Origin: Ancylonema sp.
Lineage: Eukaryota
Assembly (NCBI GenBank): GCA_050230475.1
Contig: JBFLGF010000048.1
Location: 62,001-89,731 of the forward strand
Length of the DNA: 27,731 nt
Direction of reading: 5' to 3'
Shown: positions 1 to 10,269 of the stretch, in pieces
Position numbering within the stretch: the first letter of the stretch is position 1
How the letters are laid out: every line of letters begins with the position of its first letter
The notes under the pieces: model-generated
Told to the model about the DNA's origin: nothing
The model's input: the letters and a program-made list of their open reading frames with translations, nothing else
Databases searched by the model: none
Translations under genes and position numbers: made by a program

Positions 1-166
1 AGTTGATACTTGTATGCGGCCGCACATGATTAAAAGATAATTCATTCTGTGCACGTCGTTGTTATCGTGTATCATTTTGTGAATGTTTTCTTGTCAGCAG
101 TAATTCAGAGAAGAATATATCAGTCCAGATGGCTGAATATGCTGAATATTCTACAATTGGTATCAG
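1..166 (+). mobile_element. 3' end of a Ty1/copia-type LTR (ends ...TTCTACA at 155) followed by a truncated tRNA-iMet PBS (TGGTATCAG, 158-166)
   Basis: CA end, 2-nt spacer, then TGGTATCAG. ATG at 129 reads MAEYAEYSTIGI in frame through the PBS. The sequence switches abruptly to a minus-strand chromodomain after 166. Confidence 0.65.
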
Positions 167-578
167 CATCTGCCCGCTCCCACGAAGTGTCAAATGCATC
201 GTAGCCCACCCAATCCACGAAGTACTGAAGTTTGCGGCGCCGCATTCGCGAATCAAGGAAGACTTGCACCTCGAACTCAGGGGCACCATCCACCTAGATA
301 GGCGGTGGGATGTCCACGACACTTCTCGGGAAGGTGTTGGTCACATGTGGCTTTAGGTGACTCACCAGGAAAACATTATGGATTTTTATGGACGAGGGGA
401 GTCCCAAGCGATAAGCCGAGGACCCAACCTGGCTACAGATATGGAAGGGTCCAAGTCTGCGGACGTCCGATTCGGATGAGGGTCGAGCTGTACTGATATG
501 GCGCCACAACAGCCATATTTTTTGTCCGATGACAAGGGGTGGGGCTGGTCGGCGACGCCGATTGGCTGAAACCTCCAT
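167..578 (-). pseudogene. Ty3/gypsy chromovirus (Tcn1-like) integrase C-terminus: GPF/SH3-like region plus chromodomain, with an internal stop
   Basis: ORF 294-578 has RRLGPFHICSQVGSSAYRLGLPSSIKIHNVFLVSHLKP. The same frame continues past TAG(294-296) as VDGAPEFEVQVFLDSRMRRRKLQYFVDWVGYDAFDTSWE, a typical chromodomain. Confidence 0.9.
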
Positions 579-581
579 AAT

Positions 582-994
582 TTTTAGGTATCACTCTCTA
601 TAGTCACTAGTCTTCCTCTAGAGAGTGTGCCTAACTCGCTCTAGTGTGCTCTTAGCTTTAGAACATGAGTCATACCCTTAAAAATGCACTAAGCCTTAGA
701 ATATGACTTTCCCTTTATACAGAGTTCAGTTCTTGTTACATCGAGTTAGTTTCCCCTATTGGTATATCGAGTTAGATATCGTTATGTCGAGTTCAATTAT
801 CCCATATTGTGTTCATCTAGTGATTCCCCTCTTTTCTAGTATAGATACTCGATAGGAGCAACCTTATAGTTGCTCCTACCAACTCATGTAGTTCACCCCT
901 TATTATCCATCATTTCCATTCCATTTTTATCCTTGTGAACATGCTTATCTTTGTAGCTAGGTGCGTCTCATCATCCATTTCGTCGCCCCTAACA
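582..994 (-). mobile_element. Solo LTR (~413 bp) inserted into the chromovirus integrase
   Basis: Splits the integrase between ...KSRKA and MEVSANRRR. Ends are T(T)TTAGG...CCTAACA. Decayed 5-bp TSD ATAAT(577-581)/ATAGC(995-999). A TATA-like AATATAAGGG on the minus strand near 900 suggests orientation. Confidence 0.7.
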
Positions 995-1352
995 ATAGCC
1001 TTCCTAGATTTTTGGAGTTTCCGCTTCAAAATATCCTGGGCCTCCCGAAGTTGACGAACATAGGAATCCGCTGCAGGGGTGGGGGGGTCTGGGGCTGGGG
1101 GTAGGAGGGTCATGCGAGGACGGAAGCCATAGTTGGCAAAAAACGGGGAGAGGGTAATGGCAAAATGTTTGGAGTTTTGAATTCTGAATTTTGCCAGTGG
1201 GAGAAGGCTGACTTAGTCGGACTGCTGGTAGTCTGTATGGATGCGGAGGTATTGTTCCAACACCGAGTTCAACCGTTCCGTCCGGCCGTCCGTCTAGGGG
1301 TGGAATGTCGTGGAACGGTTGGCCCGAATGGCACACAGCTCCAACAACCGCC
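995..1352 (-). pseudogene. Ty3/gypsy chromovirus integrase core (C-terminal half), degenerate
   Basis: RRLLELCAIRANRSTTFHP*TDGRTERLNSVLEQYLRIHTDYQQSD*VSLLPLA...SPFFANYGFRP...LREAQDILKRKLQKSRKA matches the gypsy rve motif STAFHPQTDGQTER. Confidence 0.88.
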
Positions 1353-3024
1353 GCTCCAACAGGTCAGGCATGTTGGGGTCAATATCCTCCCCCTTAGCGT
1401 CCTCCAAGTTCCCCATCCCATCCACCGATAGGCCTAGATTGGGTGGCCCACCCCCTCCAGGCGGCTGGCCTCCACCCGGGGCGGCTGGGGGTTCCCCCCC
1501 ACCCACCCCATCGGCTAGGGCATCCCCATCCCCTTGTGCATCCGAAAAGATGACCACCTCTATGTCTGCCGGGTCCTCCACTCCCAGCCCACCTCTCCAC
1601 CATACCTTCCCCACCGACTCATTAAACTCCGCTCCCCCCACGTTGGCCTCCTTCTTGGCCTTGAGGGGGTTCCACACCTTGTAGGAAGGGTTGTTCTCAG
1701 CATACCCCACCAGCTCTCCCACATACCGCACTAGAACTAGATTGCCCCCCTTCTCCATTTTGTCGATGAGATAGTACACCTTGCACCCATAGGCCCGGAG
1801 GTGGGAGATGCTGGGCTTCACCCCACTCCACATCTCTTGTCGTGTCGATGGAAGGTCCCTCACCGGACCTCGGTTGCAAAGGTAGATAGCAGTTAGAAAT
1901 ACCTCTCCCCAACTTCCTCCTCCAAGTCTTGTAGACTGCATCATCGATCTCGCCATCTCCTGCAGGGTGCGGTTCATTCGCTCAACTACTCCATTGGCTT
2001 GTGGAGTCCTAGGTGGGGTGAACTCTTGGCTGACTCCCTTTTCCTTCAACCAAGTGCGAAGAGCTGCACTTGTGAACTCCTCACCATTATCTGTTCGAAG
2101 CCTCCCCAACTTCAACCCCCTCTCAGTCTCCACCAGGGCCTTCCAATCCTTCAAGCGATCTCTAACCTCGGCCTTGTTCTTCAACAGCATCACCCAAGAT
2201 TTCTTGTTGTAGTCGTCGACCAGCACAAACATGTACTTTGATCCTCCCCAGGATTGTACACGAATCGGTCCTGCCAAGTCAGCGTGGAGAAGCTCAAGTA
2301 GGCGAGTAGATCGGTGCGAGAGGTCGAAAGGTCGGTGAGGGTGAGGTCGAGGTCGTGACAGCTCACAGCCCTCGCACATCTCCATCTCCCTAGCCAGCCC
2401 ACTCTCCAGCCCCTTGACCAGCCCCTCCCAAGCCAGCCTCTCCATCCCCGCCTTCCCCATGTGTTCCACCCTCTTGTGCCGCACCCATACATACAGTGCA
2501 ACCACAAGTTCCTCCTCCTTCTTCTCCTCCTTCACCACCTCTCCTCGCTTCTCCACCCTCTCTTCCCCAATCTTCACCACTTCGGCTGGGAAGGCTGCAC
2601 TGTCTAGCAACACGGTGGTGCAGTCGATGATAGCTCGACCTTTCGGGTCCTTTTTCATCCCTATGAAGAACTCTCCTTGGGGGTTCCTCACCCATTGGGT
2701 TCCGAGTTGGTCACCTTGCTTCGTAACGTCGAGAAATCTCCTTAGATTTTGGAGGCTGAAGAGGTTGACCTTCGCGTTAGGAATAGAGCAAGTGTCGAGA
2801 AGGTTGACGACTGTGCTGCCCCCTGAGTCATTCGGGCACTCTAGATGCAACGTCCCGGTGGTGTAGACGTGGATGCCTCCAACCAGTTGTCGAAGAAAAA
2901 TGGGCTTCTCCCTTGTCTGGACGTCTTGCATCAAGGACAGGTCATTGCAAACATGCCTCGACGCCCCCGTATCCCCTAGCCACTCCACGACTTTTGCCAC
3001 TTTTCCCACGTCCGCTGCCATCAC
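1294..3024 (-). CDS. Ty1/copia polyprotein fragment ORF (aspartic protease, GAG-pre-integrase, rve integrase), 576 aa; last ~19 aa are gypsy-derived
   Basis: WLGDTGASRH (protease); HKRVEHMG...CEGC (Zn-binding); HADLAGP / RTDNGEEF / NGVVERMN (DDE); HLRAYGCKVY (copia post-integrase region). Confidence 0.85.
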   Translation of the reverse strand: MMAADVGKVAKVVEWLGDTGASRHVCNDLSLMQDVQTREKPIFLRQLVGGIHVYTTGTLHLECPNDSGGSTVVNLLDTCSIPNAKVNLFSLQNLRRFLDVTKQGDQLGTQWVRNPQGEFFIGMKKDPKGRAIIDCTTVLLDSAAFPAEVVKIGEERVEKRGEVVKEEKKEEELVVALYVWVRHKRVEHMGKAGMERLAWEGLVKGLESGLAREMEMCEGCELSRPRPHPHRPFDLSHRSTRLLELLHADLAGPIRVQSWGGSKYMFVLVDDYNKKSWVMLLKNKAEVRDRLKDWKALVETERGLKLGRLRTDNGEEFTSAALRTWLKEKGVSQEFTPPRTPQANGVVERMNRTLQEMARSMMQSTRLGGGSWGEVFLTAIYLCNRGPVRDLPSTRQEMWSGVKPSISHLRAYGCKVYYLIDKMEKGGNLVLVRYVGELVGYAENNPSYKVWNPLKAKKEANVGGAEFNESVGKVWWRGGLGVEDPADIEVVIFSDAQGDGDALADGVGGGEPPAAPGGGQPPGGGGPPNLGLSVDGMGNLEDAKGEDIDPNMPDLLERRLLELCAIRANRSTTFHP

Positions 3025-3865
3025 TTCCTCAAAGACAAATGCCGCAGCTCCTCCTCGAGCCTGCGCTTTCTTGCCTTATGGCAAAAGGCAAAAGCTTGGG
3101 TCGAGGCTGCATCGGAGGCCTCCCCTCATTTGCACTTCCACCTAAACCTCCAGCACCCCTAGCTCCCCCAGCTCCCCCAGCTCCCCCACCACGGCCACCA
3201 CTAGCGTTATTCTTTTTGCAGGCATTCAAAACGTGACCTTAGACCTTGCAAAAGCTGCAGAAGGCCGTGAGATAGATACTGCACTTTGCGTAGTGTTCAA
3301 TCTTCCCACAAAAGTAACACACCGAGGTTTCCATACCGCCAGCTTTTGCACCGATTATTTGCCTTAAGGGTTGGTGCTGGTGCTGATCTTGATGGCCTCC
3401 TCCACCGAATCCACGATTTCCGCCTCCTCCCCGTCTAGCATAGTTTGCTTCTCCATGTTCCGCCTCACCCTTGGTATTCTACCTCCCTTCGAGCATCTTA
3501 AAGCCTGCGAAGATCTCAGCGACAGTCGGAGCAGGAATGCGAATCGCAATGTTGTCGACATACTGCCTCCAGCGATCTGACGGATCATCAACACCCTCGT
3601 CTGCACCTCATCCGGATTTGTTTTTCCCTGAATGGCCATCTCGCTCTACACTGCTCCAAAGCGATGCTGAATCTCAATCACACTTTCAAAATTCCCCATT
3701 TTGAAAGAAAAGAAGTGCGCGCGTGCCTCAGTCCCCATCTGCACGCTGATCAGCGCATAATTTGTTTGCAACCGTCTGTTTTTTTTGCCATTGTAGTTAT
3801 TGCTGCGATCAATAAGATTAGGTTAGCCGCAACGGCAACTATCCCACACGGACATAGCCGGATCT
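1353..3865 (-). mobile_element. Truncated Ty1/copia element (gag-PR-IN); no RT or LTR remains
   Basis: Decayed gag upstream of the ORF: ARAHFFSFKMGNFESVIEIQHRFGAV*SEMAIQG (~3630-3730) and two CCHC knuckles CYFCGKIEHYAKC and CSFCKV*GHVLNAC (~3220-3320). Confidence 0.85.
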
Positions 3866-3869
3866 TTTA

Positions 3870-6607
3870 GGCCTAGAGCAATAGAGGGGGGAAGTCTCTA
3901 CAACCTGGTCATCATCGATTATTACAGTAGGAAGTCGTGGACAGTACCGCTGAGAGAGAAGAGTGACGTGAGAGGGAAGTTGATAGAGTGGATAGTCATT
4001 CATGAGAATCAAGTGGGGAGGAAGGTGAAGAATATGAGGTCGAACAATGGGGAGGAATATGTAGATGAGGAGCTAGAGGCATGGCTAAGAGGGCATAGAG
4101 TTATGCATGAGACAATATTTGCCAAGTGTCCACACGGCAATAGAGTAGCGAAGCGGATAAATAGGACCCTGCAGGACAAAGCACGGTCGATGCTGATAGG
4201 GGCTGGATTAGGAGGAGGGTTTTGGGTGGAGGCCATTGCGTCAGCATCGTACATCAGGAATAGGGGTCCAGTGGCGGGTCTCAGCAAAACTCCAGAGGAG
4301 CTATGGTAAGGGAAGACCCCAACGGTAAGGCACCTTAGAGCCTATGGGAGTAAAGCCTATGTGTCCTAAAAAATCTAAAAAATCTAAAAAGAAAGGGAAG
4401 ATGAGTGCAAGGAAGTGGGAGGGGGTGCCCCATTGGGAGTGTGGGTTATAGGGTGTGTGGGACCTTGTGAGTGGGAAGGTGTTTTCAGTGGGGATGCGGG
4501 ACATAGATGAGAAGGTGGAGGTAGGGTGGTGGAGGAAGGGGGTTGGGGATACTGCTCGCATCGATGATGTGCAAAACATCATTTTTCTTGATCTTGAGGA
4601 GGAGGAGGTGGAGGTGGTACCAACTGCAGACTCGATACCTCCATTGGTGGAAGATAGTAGTGATGATGAGGAGGAGGAAGGTGGAGGTGGGAGAGCAGGT
4701 GATGAGTGGGGCCCGGAGGATGACGCACTGGCCCAAATGGTTGATTACCAAGGAGTTGGAGTGGAAGGAGATGGGGATAGTGATGAAGGTCTGGCCGAGG
4801 GTGGAGCTCGAGTTGATGTTGCAAGAGGAGCTCTCGGAGCAAGTGCAAGGGGTGCTCCGTTTGGGTCTGGGGCCGTGGGGGGGGCCGGTGGGCTGGGGTT
4901 TTGGGAGGGTGCTACTAGTGCGCCACGAGGCTAGGAACGCCGCTGATCAGCCCCCAAGACAGAGTACAAGGGGTAATCGTGGGGTCCCCTCCACACGTTT
5001 TATAGAGATGTATCTAGTTGGTGTAGCAGTTTTTGCAAAAGAAGAGGTGAAACAAAGCCTTAGATTAGCAAGAGAGGCACTGCAGGGCCCTCACAACTCC
5101 AAGTGGCAACAAGTTATGGACTCTAAAATGGAGAGTTTAAGGGTGAATGGGGTGTACGAGTTGATAGATAGACCGGCGTGGAAAAAGGTGATAAAGTCTA
5201 AGTGGGTGCTTTGGGTGAAGGAAAATGAAAGGGGTGAGGTGGAAAAATATATGGCTACGGTAGTGGCAAAAGGGTTCAACCAAGTAAAAAGGGTAGATTA
5301 CGACCAAACCTTCAGCCCCACTGTCCGATTTGAGAGCATCCGCCAAATGGTGGCTCTTGGCACTTCCAGGGGCATGCTGATGCATCAGATGGACGTCACC
5401 ACCGCCTTCCTTTATGCCCTTCTAGAAGAAGAAGTGTATATGGAGCAGCCAGAGGGGGCCATAAGGAAGGGAGAAGAGGGGAAGGTGGATGCGGCTGTGG
5501 AAGTGCCTATATGGGCTGAAGCAAGCACCCCGGGAGTGGAACCACTTACATCGATGCAATTTTGAAGCAGATGGGCTTCATCGCCTCGAAAACTGATTTT
5601 GGCATCTACATGAAGGGGGAGGGTGAGGGGGCGGTGTTCATAGCACTGTATGTGGATGATTTATTGATGTTGAGGAGGAGGCTGAACCGAATTGGGGAGG
5701 TGAAGGCGGGGTTGCATTCTGAATTCAAAATGAAGGATTTGGGGGAGGCAACATTTTTACTGGGGATAGAAATCAGAAGGCAGCCGAATGGGGATGTGTT
5801 CTTAGTGCAAGAGAGGTATGCACGGGACGTGGTGGCACGCTTCAGCATGGTGGACTGCAAGGCAGTGTCGACACCCTTAGATCTGGGGTGTAAGTTGGAA
5901 TCCACTCAACAGCCCACATCAATAAAGGGTGTGGCAAAAATGGAGCGGGTGCCGTATAGGTCTGCGATTGGGAGTCTGGTGTATCTCGCCACTTGTACAC
6001 GGCCTGATCTTGCGGCAGCACTTCGTGAGCTAAGCAAGTTTAGTCAAAATTCATGGGTAGCGCATTGGGAGGGGTGAAGAGGGTCATGAGGTATCTCAAG
6101 GGCACACTGGGAGAGGGGCTGATGTGTAAGAGAGGTGCGCAGGTGGAGGTGTGGGGGTATTCAGACTCAGGGCATGCGGGTGATGTAGAGACCTCTAGGG
6201 GGGGGAGTGGGTACATTTTTCTAAATGCTGGGGCTGCCATCAGCTAGCGCATCTCGATGATGAAGGTGGTCACCTACAGAAGTTGCGAAAGTGAGTACGT
6301 GTGGCTTAGTGAGGCCGCCAATGAGGCCATGCATCTCTCGCAGCTCCAAGGGGAGTTGAGAAGGAAGGGTTGTTGTTAATAGGGGACATTGAGTCATTAT
6401 TGAAGCTGGCTACTAATCTTGTGTTCCACCAAAGGTCTAAGCACATTCGCAAAAAGTATCACTCACTCCGATCGGGTCACTGAGGGCCTGATTGAACTTT
6501 GCAAGGTCGACACGGGTTTGAATGCAGCCGATATGTTCACTAAGAAAATGGGGGTAGGAGTGTTAAAGATTTGCAAGGGTTTGGTGGGGATGGTTAAAAG
6601 TGGCTAG
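3870..6607 (+). pseudogene. Copia pol (integrase, reverse transcriptase, RNase H) with several stops and frameshifts
   Basis: IN: LVIIDYYSRKSW, RSNNGEEY, FWVEAIASASYIRNR. RT: KVIKSKWV, HQMDVTTAFL, ALYVDDLL (YVDD 5649-5660), PYRSAIGSLVYLATCTRPDL. RH: GYSDSGHAGD, NAADMFTK, ending at TAG 6607. Confidence 0.92.
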
Positions 6608-6775
6608 ACAAGTGTCATGGTACACCATGTTGTAGGGAGGGGGACTGTAAAGGTGGGTGCAACATGTTAGGATACTCTAGTGTAGGTGTGAGTGTGGTGA
6701 TTTGTGTGTACCTGCTGAAATATGCCTAAGTGGTTAACGGTGATTCGTCATTCGGTTCATCAATTTAGAGGGGGG

Positions 6776-6993
6776 TTTTTAATTGAGAAAAAATTAAGTT
6801 GCGTGTCGTATTGACTTGGACTCGGTTATAGAGACACTCTCCTATGCGATCTGTACTCACTGGCTATAACACTGAAAGGAGTTTTGTTGACGTGTCGTGC
6901 ACTGTGAATTGCACTATAAGTGAGTGAGTTAAATGAGTTTTGCATGCTGTGAAGTACAGCTAGCATTAAGTAGTGAGGCCTATGGCCTCTACA
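6776..6993 (+). repeat. 3' LTR of the copia element
   Basis: Follows the PPT. Homologous to 11170-11385 (TATAGAGACAC..GTACTCACTGG..AACACT). The terminal GTAGTGAGGCCTATGGCCTCTACA is identical to the PBS-adjacent LTR end at 10987-11010 (minus). Confidence 0.8.
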
Positions 6994-8020
6994 ATATTTT
7001 TGATTTATTTGTGTAGCGTGTGAAATATTTTGCGATTATGTTAGCGATCGAGTAAGCTGTTCTATATTTAGGAATCCGTGAAAATGACTACTTCAATGAG
7101 CGTACCTTTCAAAATTCCGGAAGTAGTGCCACTTTTGCACTATTATGTTTTAATACGAAAATGACTTATTAAAATTACATATTTTACTATTTTACTATTT
7201 TACAAGCTTCTCAATTTTTAGAATATAAAACCCCCTAATATGAATTTCATATCATTTTAACATATTTAAATTTACATGTATGTACTTCATTAGAATATAG
7301 AAATAAAATAAGTGGAAAAAAATCATTGCTCGATTTTTAACCGAATTTTGAACCATACACTCATCGAAGAAGACATTCCCACGGATTACAAAATACAGTG
7401 TTGCTTGCTCGATCTTTAGAAATAATCCAAAATATTTCACACATAACCTATATTAGTCAACATCATTTTTTAAAAAATCAATACAAACGAAACAATACTC
7501 GATTCAATGTCGAATTTAGCATACACGTCTGTAGTATCCTTGTAGCTTGTGTGGCATCTATAGGATTCGAACCCGAGAGCCCATAACATTCACACCACTG
7601 CGCACATGACTTCAGGTATCCTAGATTTGACGTGATCACTTGTCGCGCACTCAGCCGTCAGCCGGGTTGAAAATTGCGAACTGTGGGAACCCAAGAAATG
7701 ATGATAATTTCAACATTCGTACCATAAAATTTAGATCTTTACCATCGGACTGCGAAGAACCATCGGACTGCATTCACCCGATTGTTTGCAGCAAACGGCG
7801 TGACAACGAGCTCTTGCACGTCAGTGCTTGCACGTTTTGTTGTTAAAACCAGGTGATATTCCTTGTCCACAACATAAGAGATACTTGTCCCTAGCAACAC
7901 TAGAACCCTAGAATAATGTTCCGAGGTGGTCACCAAGCAACGGCCTAGGAACTCGTGACGTCGTCGACGGAGAAAGCGATATTTGTCACGCGCATGAGTG
8001 TGGGGAAGTCTCCGCAAAAG

Positions 8021-8720
8021 TAAAAGTTTTGAAACGGCTCGCCGCACGAAATAATATGCCCGCGAAAAAAATGAACCGTTCGATCCGTGCGATCCAGATT
8101 CGACTTAGCGAAAACTTCAAACGTCGAGTTCCGTGTTGTAAGAGACGACTAGAGATTGTTCAAATCAAGGACCGTAAAAAAATGGAAAAATTGGTGCGCC
8201 AGCGTGGCGATTTTTTTATGCCACGGGCCACGTCACGAGTTCCCGTGCGAGGTCCCGTGTTGTAAGAGACGCTCTTAGAGCATGTCTTAAAGCACAGAAG
8301 AACACTGCGGAAGCTTAGCGGAACTCAAATTTCATTGTTGCGCTTGATTTTGTAAGAGCTTCCGTAGTGAAATTGCGGCGCACCCCAGAAGATCCGAAGT
8401 GCTCCCTTCGTGAAAATTGAGGAAGATTTGACGTGGTTGTCTGAAAACAAGACATTCGTCACGTGCATCAGTGTTGACGCCTGTCTAAATAAGTTAATTT
8501 TTGGAACGGCTCGCCGCACGAAATAACATGCCCACGAACAAAGCGATCCGTTCGATCTGTGAAATCTGGAATCGAAGTGGCGAAAAATCCAAACGTCAAG
8601 TTCCGTGTTGTAAGAGACGACCATTGGACGTTGAATTAAAAACTAACGGAAGTTCGGGCACAACACCGCGCCAATGCGGCAAAAAAGTTTCGCTACGGGC
8701 CACGTCAATTCTTCCGTAGT
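8021..8720. repeat. Diverged direct repeat with 472-bp offset (8021-8245 vs 8493-8718)
   Basis: AACGGCTCGCCGCACGAAATAA at 8033 and 8505; CCGTGTTGTAAGAGACG at 8131, 8255 and 8603; ACGGGCCACGTCA in both copies. Confidence 0.85.
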
Positions 8721-8849
8721 GATCTCCTGTGCTTTAAGAGAAGCGCTTAGCGCACGACAAAATTGCGGTCTTACCGCGGCCACCTTTGTTTTGCGGCGCT
8801 TCGGATATTTTTGCCGAAAACGAAAAATTAATTGCGTCGAGTGGTGATT

Positions 8850-9288
8850 CAGTAGAACCCCTTAAGCGAAATACTCCTGAATTGGAATAACTTCTAATTT
8901 GGAATAGTTTTCTCTCGTCCCGACTTGGGACTAGGGCAATATTCCAAAAACTCCTAGTCCCTAATATAGAATATATTTTTACCATAAAATTTGGAATATT
9001 TTTCGTATAACGAATAAATCGTTATATAAATCACAAACGTGGATGATTCATATGTATAGCACACATGCGTAACTGGAACGCACCCAATTGGAATTACGGA
9101 TTTGCTTCCAAAACTTCCAAAATCTCGACGTTTGCGACGATGGCGACATTTGCGCCGCGTTCGCGAACGTCGTGTCGCGTTCGCTCCTTAGAACGTACAG
9201 CAAAAATACGAATCGTACACCGAGCAACAATTCCTTAAGCGGAATAACTCTTGTAACGGAATAATTTTATGTGGTCCTGCGTGCATTC
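8850..9288. mobile_element. pogo/Tc1-mariner-like non-autonomous element (MITE), right TIR missing
   Basis: Starts CAGTAGAACCCCTTAAGCG, a pogo/Tigger-style terminus. The subterminal block CCTTAAGCG(A/G)AATA..GGAATAA recurs at ~9233-9265 followed by TGGTCC. No inverted terminal copy was found. Confidence 0.5.
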
Positions 9289-10269
9289 AACATGAGCAAG
9301 TAGCGGCTTGCCGGGTGGTGTTAGAGTATGTCTTATTAGCGCCGGATTTCGTTCCCACTTGTACCGTTTTGGTAGAGGGGTTCAGGGGATCTTATCACGC
9401 TTCGACTTCCAATTTTTGGACTCCGAGTAAATCCGGACGAGTCGGAACTTACAATAGTGCCGACTTTGTGGGAACGATCCTCGGAGCTAACTTCATTTCA
9501 ACACGTGCGAATCAAGAAATTGAACAAATAAAATTTCGTGGATGTTCAACTTGGAAGATTCTTTCCCACATTCGTAGAGAAGAGGATGTGGACGGGGAAA
9601 TTTGTGCTTCTTGGCGCCAATTGATCGTTCGATATATGTTTACCAGTTTATCTGAGCCATTCATAACTCGTGGAGCAGATCTTTTGACGCCATAAGTTTG
9701 CCAAAAAAACAGCGTCAACATTTTTACTTAGCGACCACATTGAGGAGCTAAGTTATGCGATGAGGTTCAAGAAGGTGGAGCGTCGTACAATTTCGGTGGT
9801 AAAGTTGTACACGTCGGCAATGTCGACGGTCCAAATCTATTGTATCTTCGAAAATATTGTGATTCTTTCAATCGATGATGACGTGTCGAGGTGTGATTGG
9901 CCGTTTTGTGGGAAAATGTTGAAAAAATATGCGTGAGATTCCCCCTCATATTTTTTAGTGGGGTGGTTGAACGTAAGTGGGGGGTCACCACTTACGAAAA
10001 AAAAGGGAAGTTATCTTCGTGCAATATATTGTGTGTCCCTCTAAAACCCATCATCGTAATGATTTATTATTACCCTCATCTTTGTAGGATGTGCGATATG
10101 AAGCAAAAGCGGTGTGGTGACACGAAAAGACGTCCATCACCAAGACACTACCACTCTTATCCGACCTCGAACCCGGAGATCTCATAACGCGTCACAGTGC
10201 TGGGGTTAACCTGACGGTATGACGTCAACGTGGGAACGAAAGCCTGTCATTCCGGAAACGATAAGACAT

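Larger units (their letters stand above)
3870..6993 (+). mobile_element. 5'-truncated Ty1/copia element: IN-RT-RNase H, PPT and 3' LTR
   Basis: Domain order IN>RT>RH is copia-type. PPT AGAGGGGGG at 6767-6775. LTR ends GGCCTCTACA at 6993. Confidence 0.9.

Noticed and set aside
4455..4934. Acidic 159-aa ORF as a separate gene
   Set aside because: It is the copia IN-RT linker, homologous to the C-terminal part of ORF 1294-3024.
7551..7610. Functional tRNA gene
   Set aside because: A-B box spacing is too short and no cloverleaf can be folded.
8131..8619. CRISPR-like array from the repeated 17-mer
   Set aside because: Only three copies with irregular spacing (124 and 348 bp), eukaryotic context and no cas genes.
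8029..8719. Two similar ORFs (8029-8265, 8501-8719) as paralogous small proteins
   Set aside because: The similarity follows from the DNA repeat; both have TTG starts and no recognisable domain.
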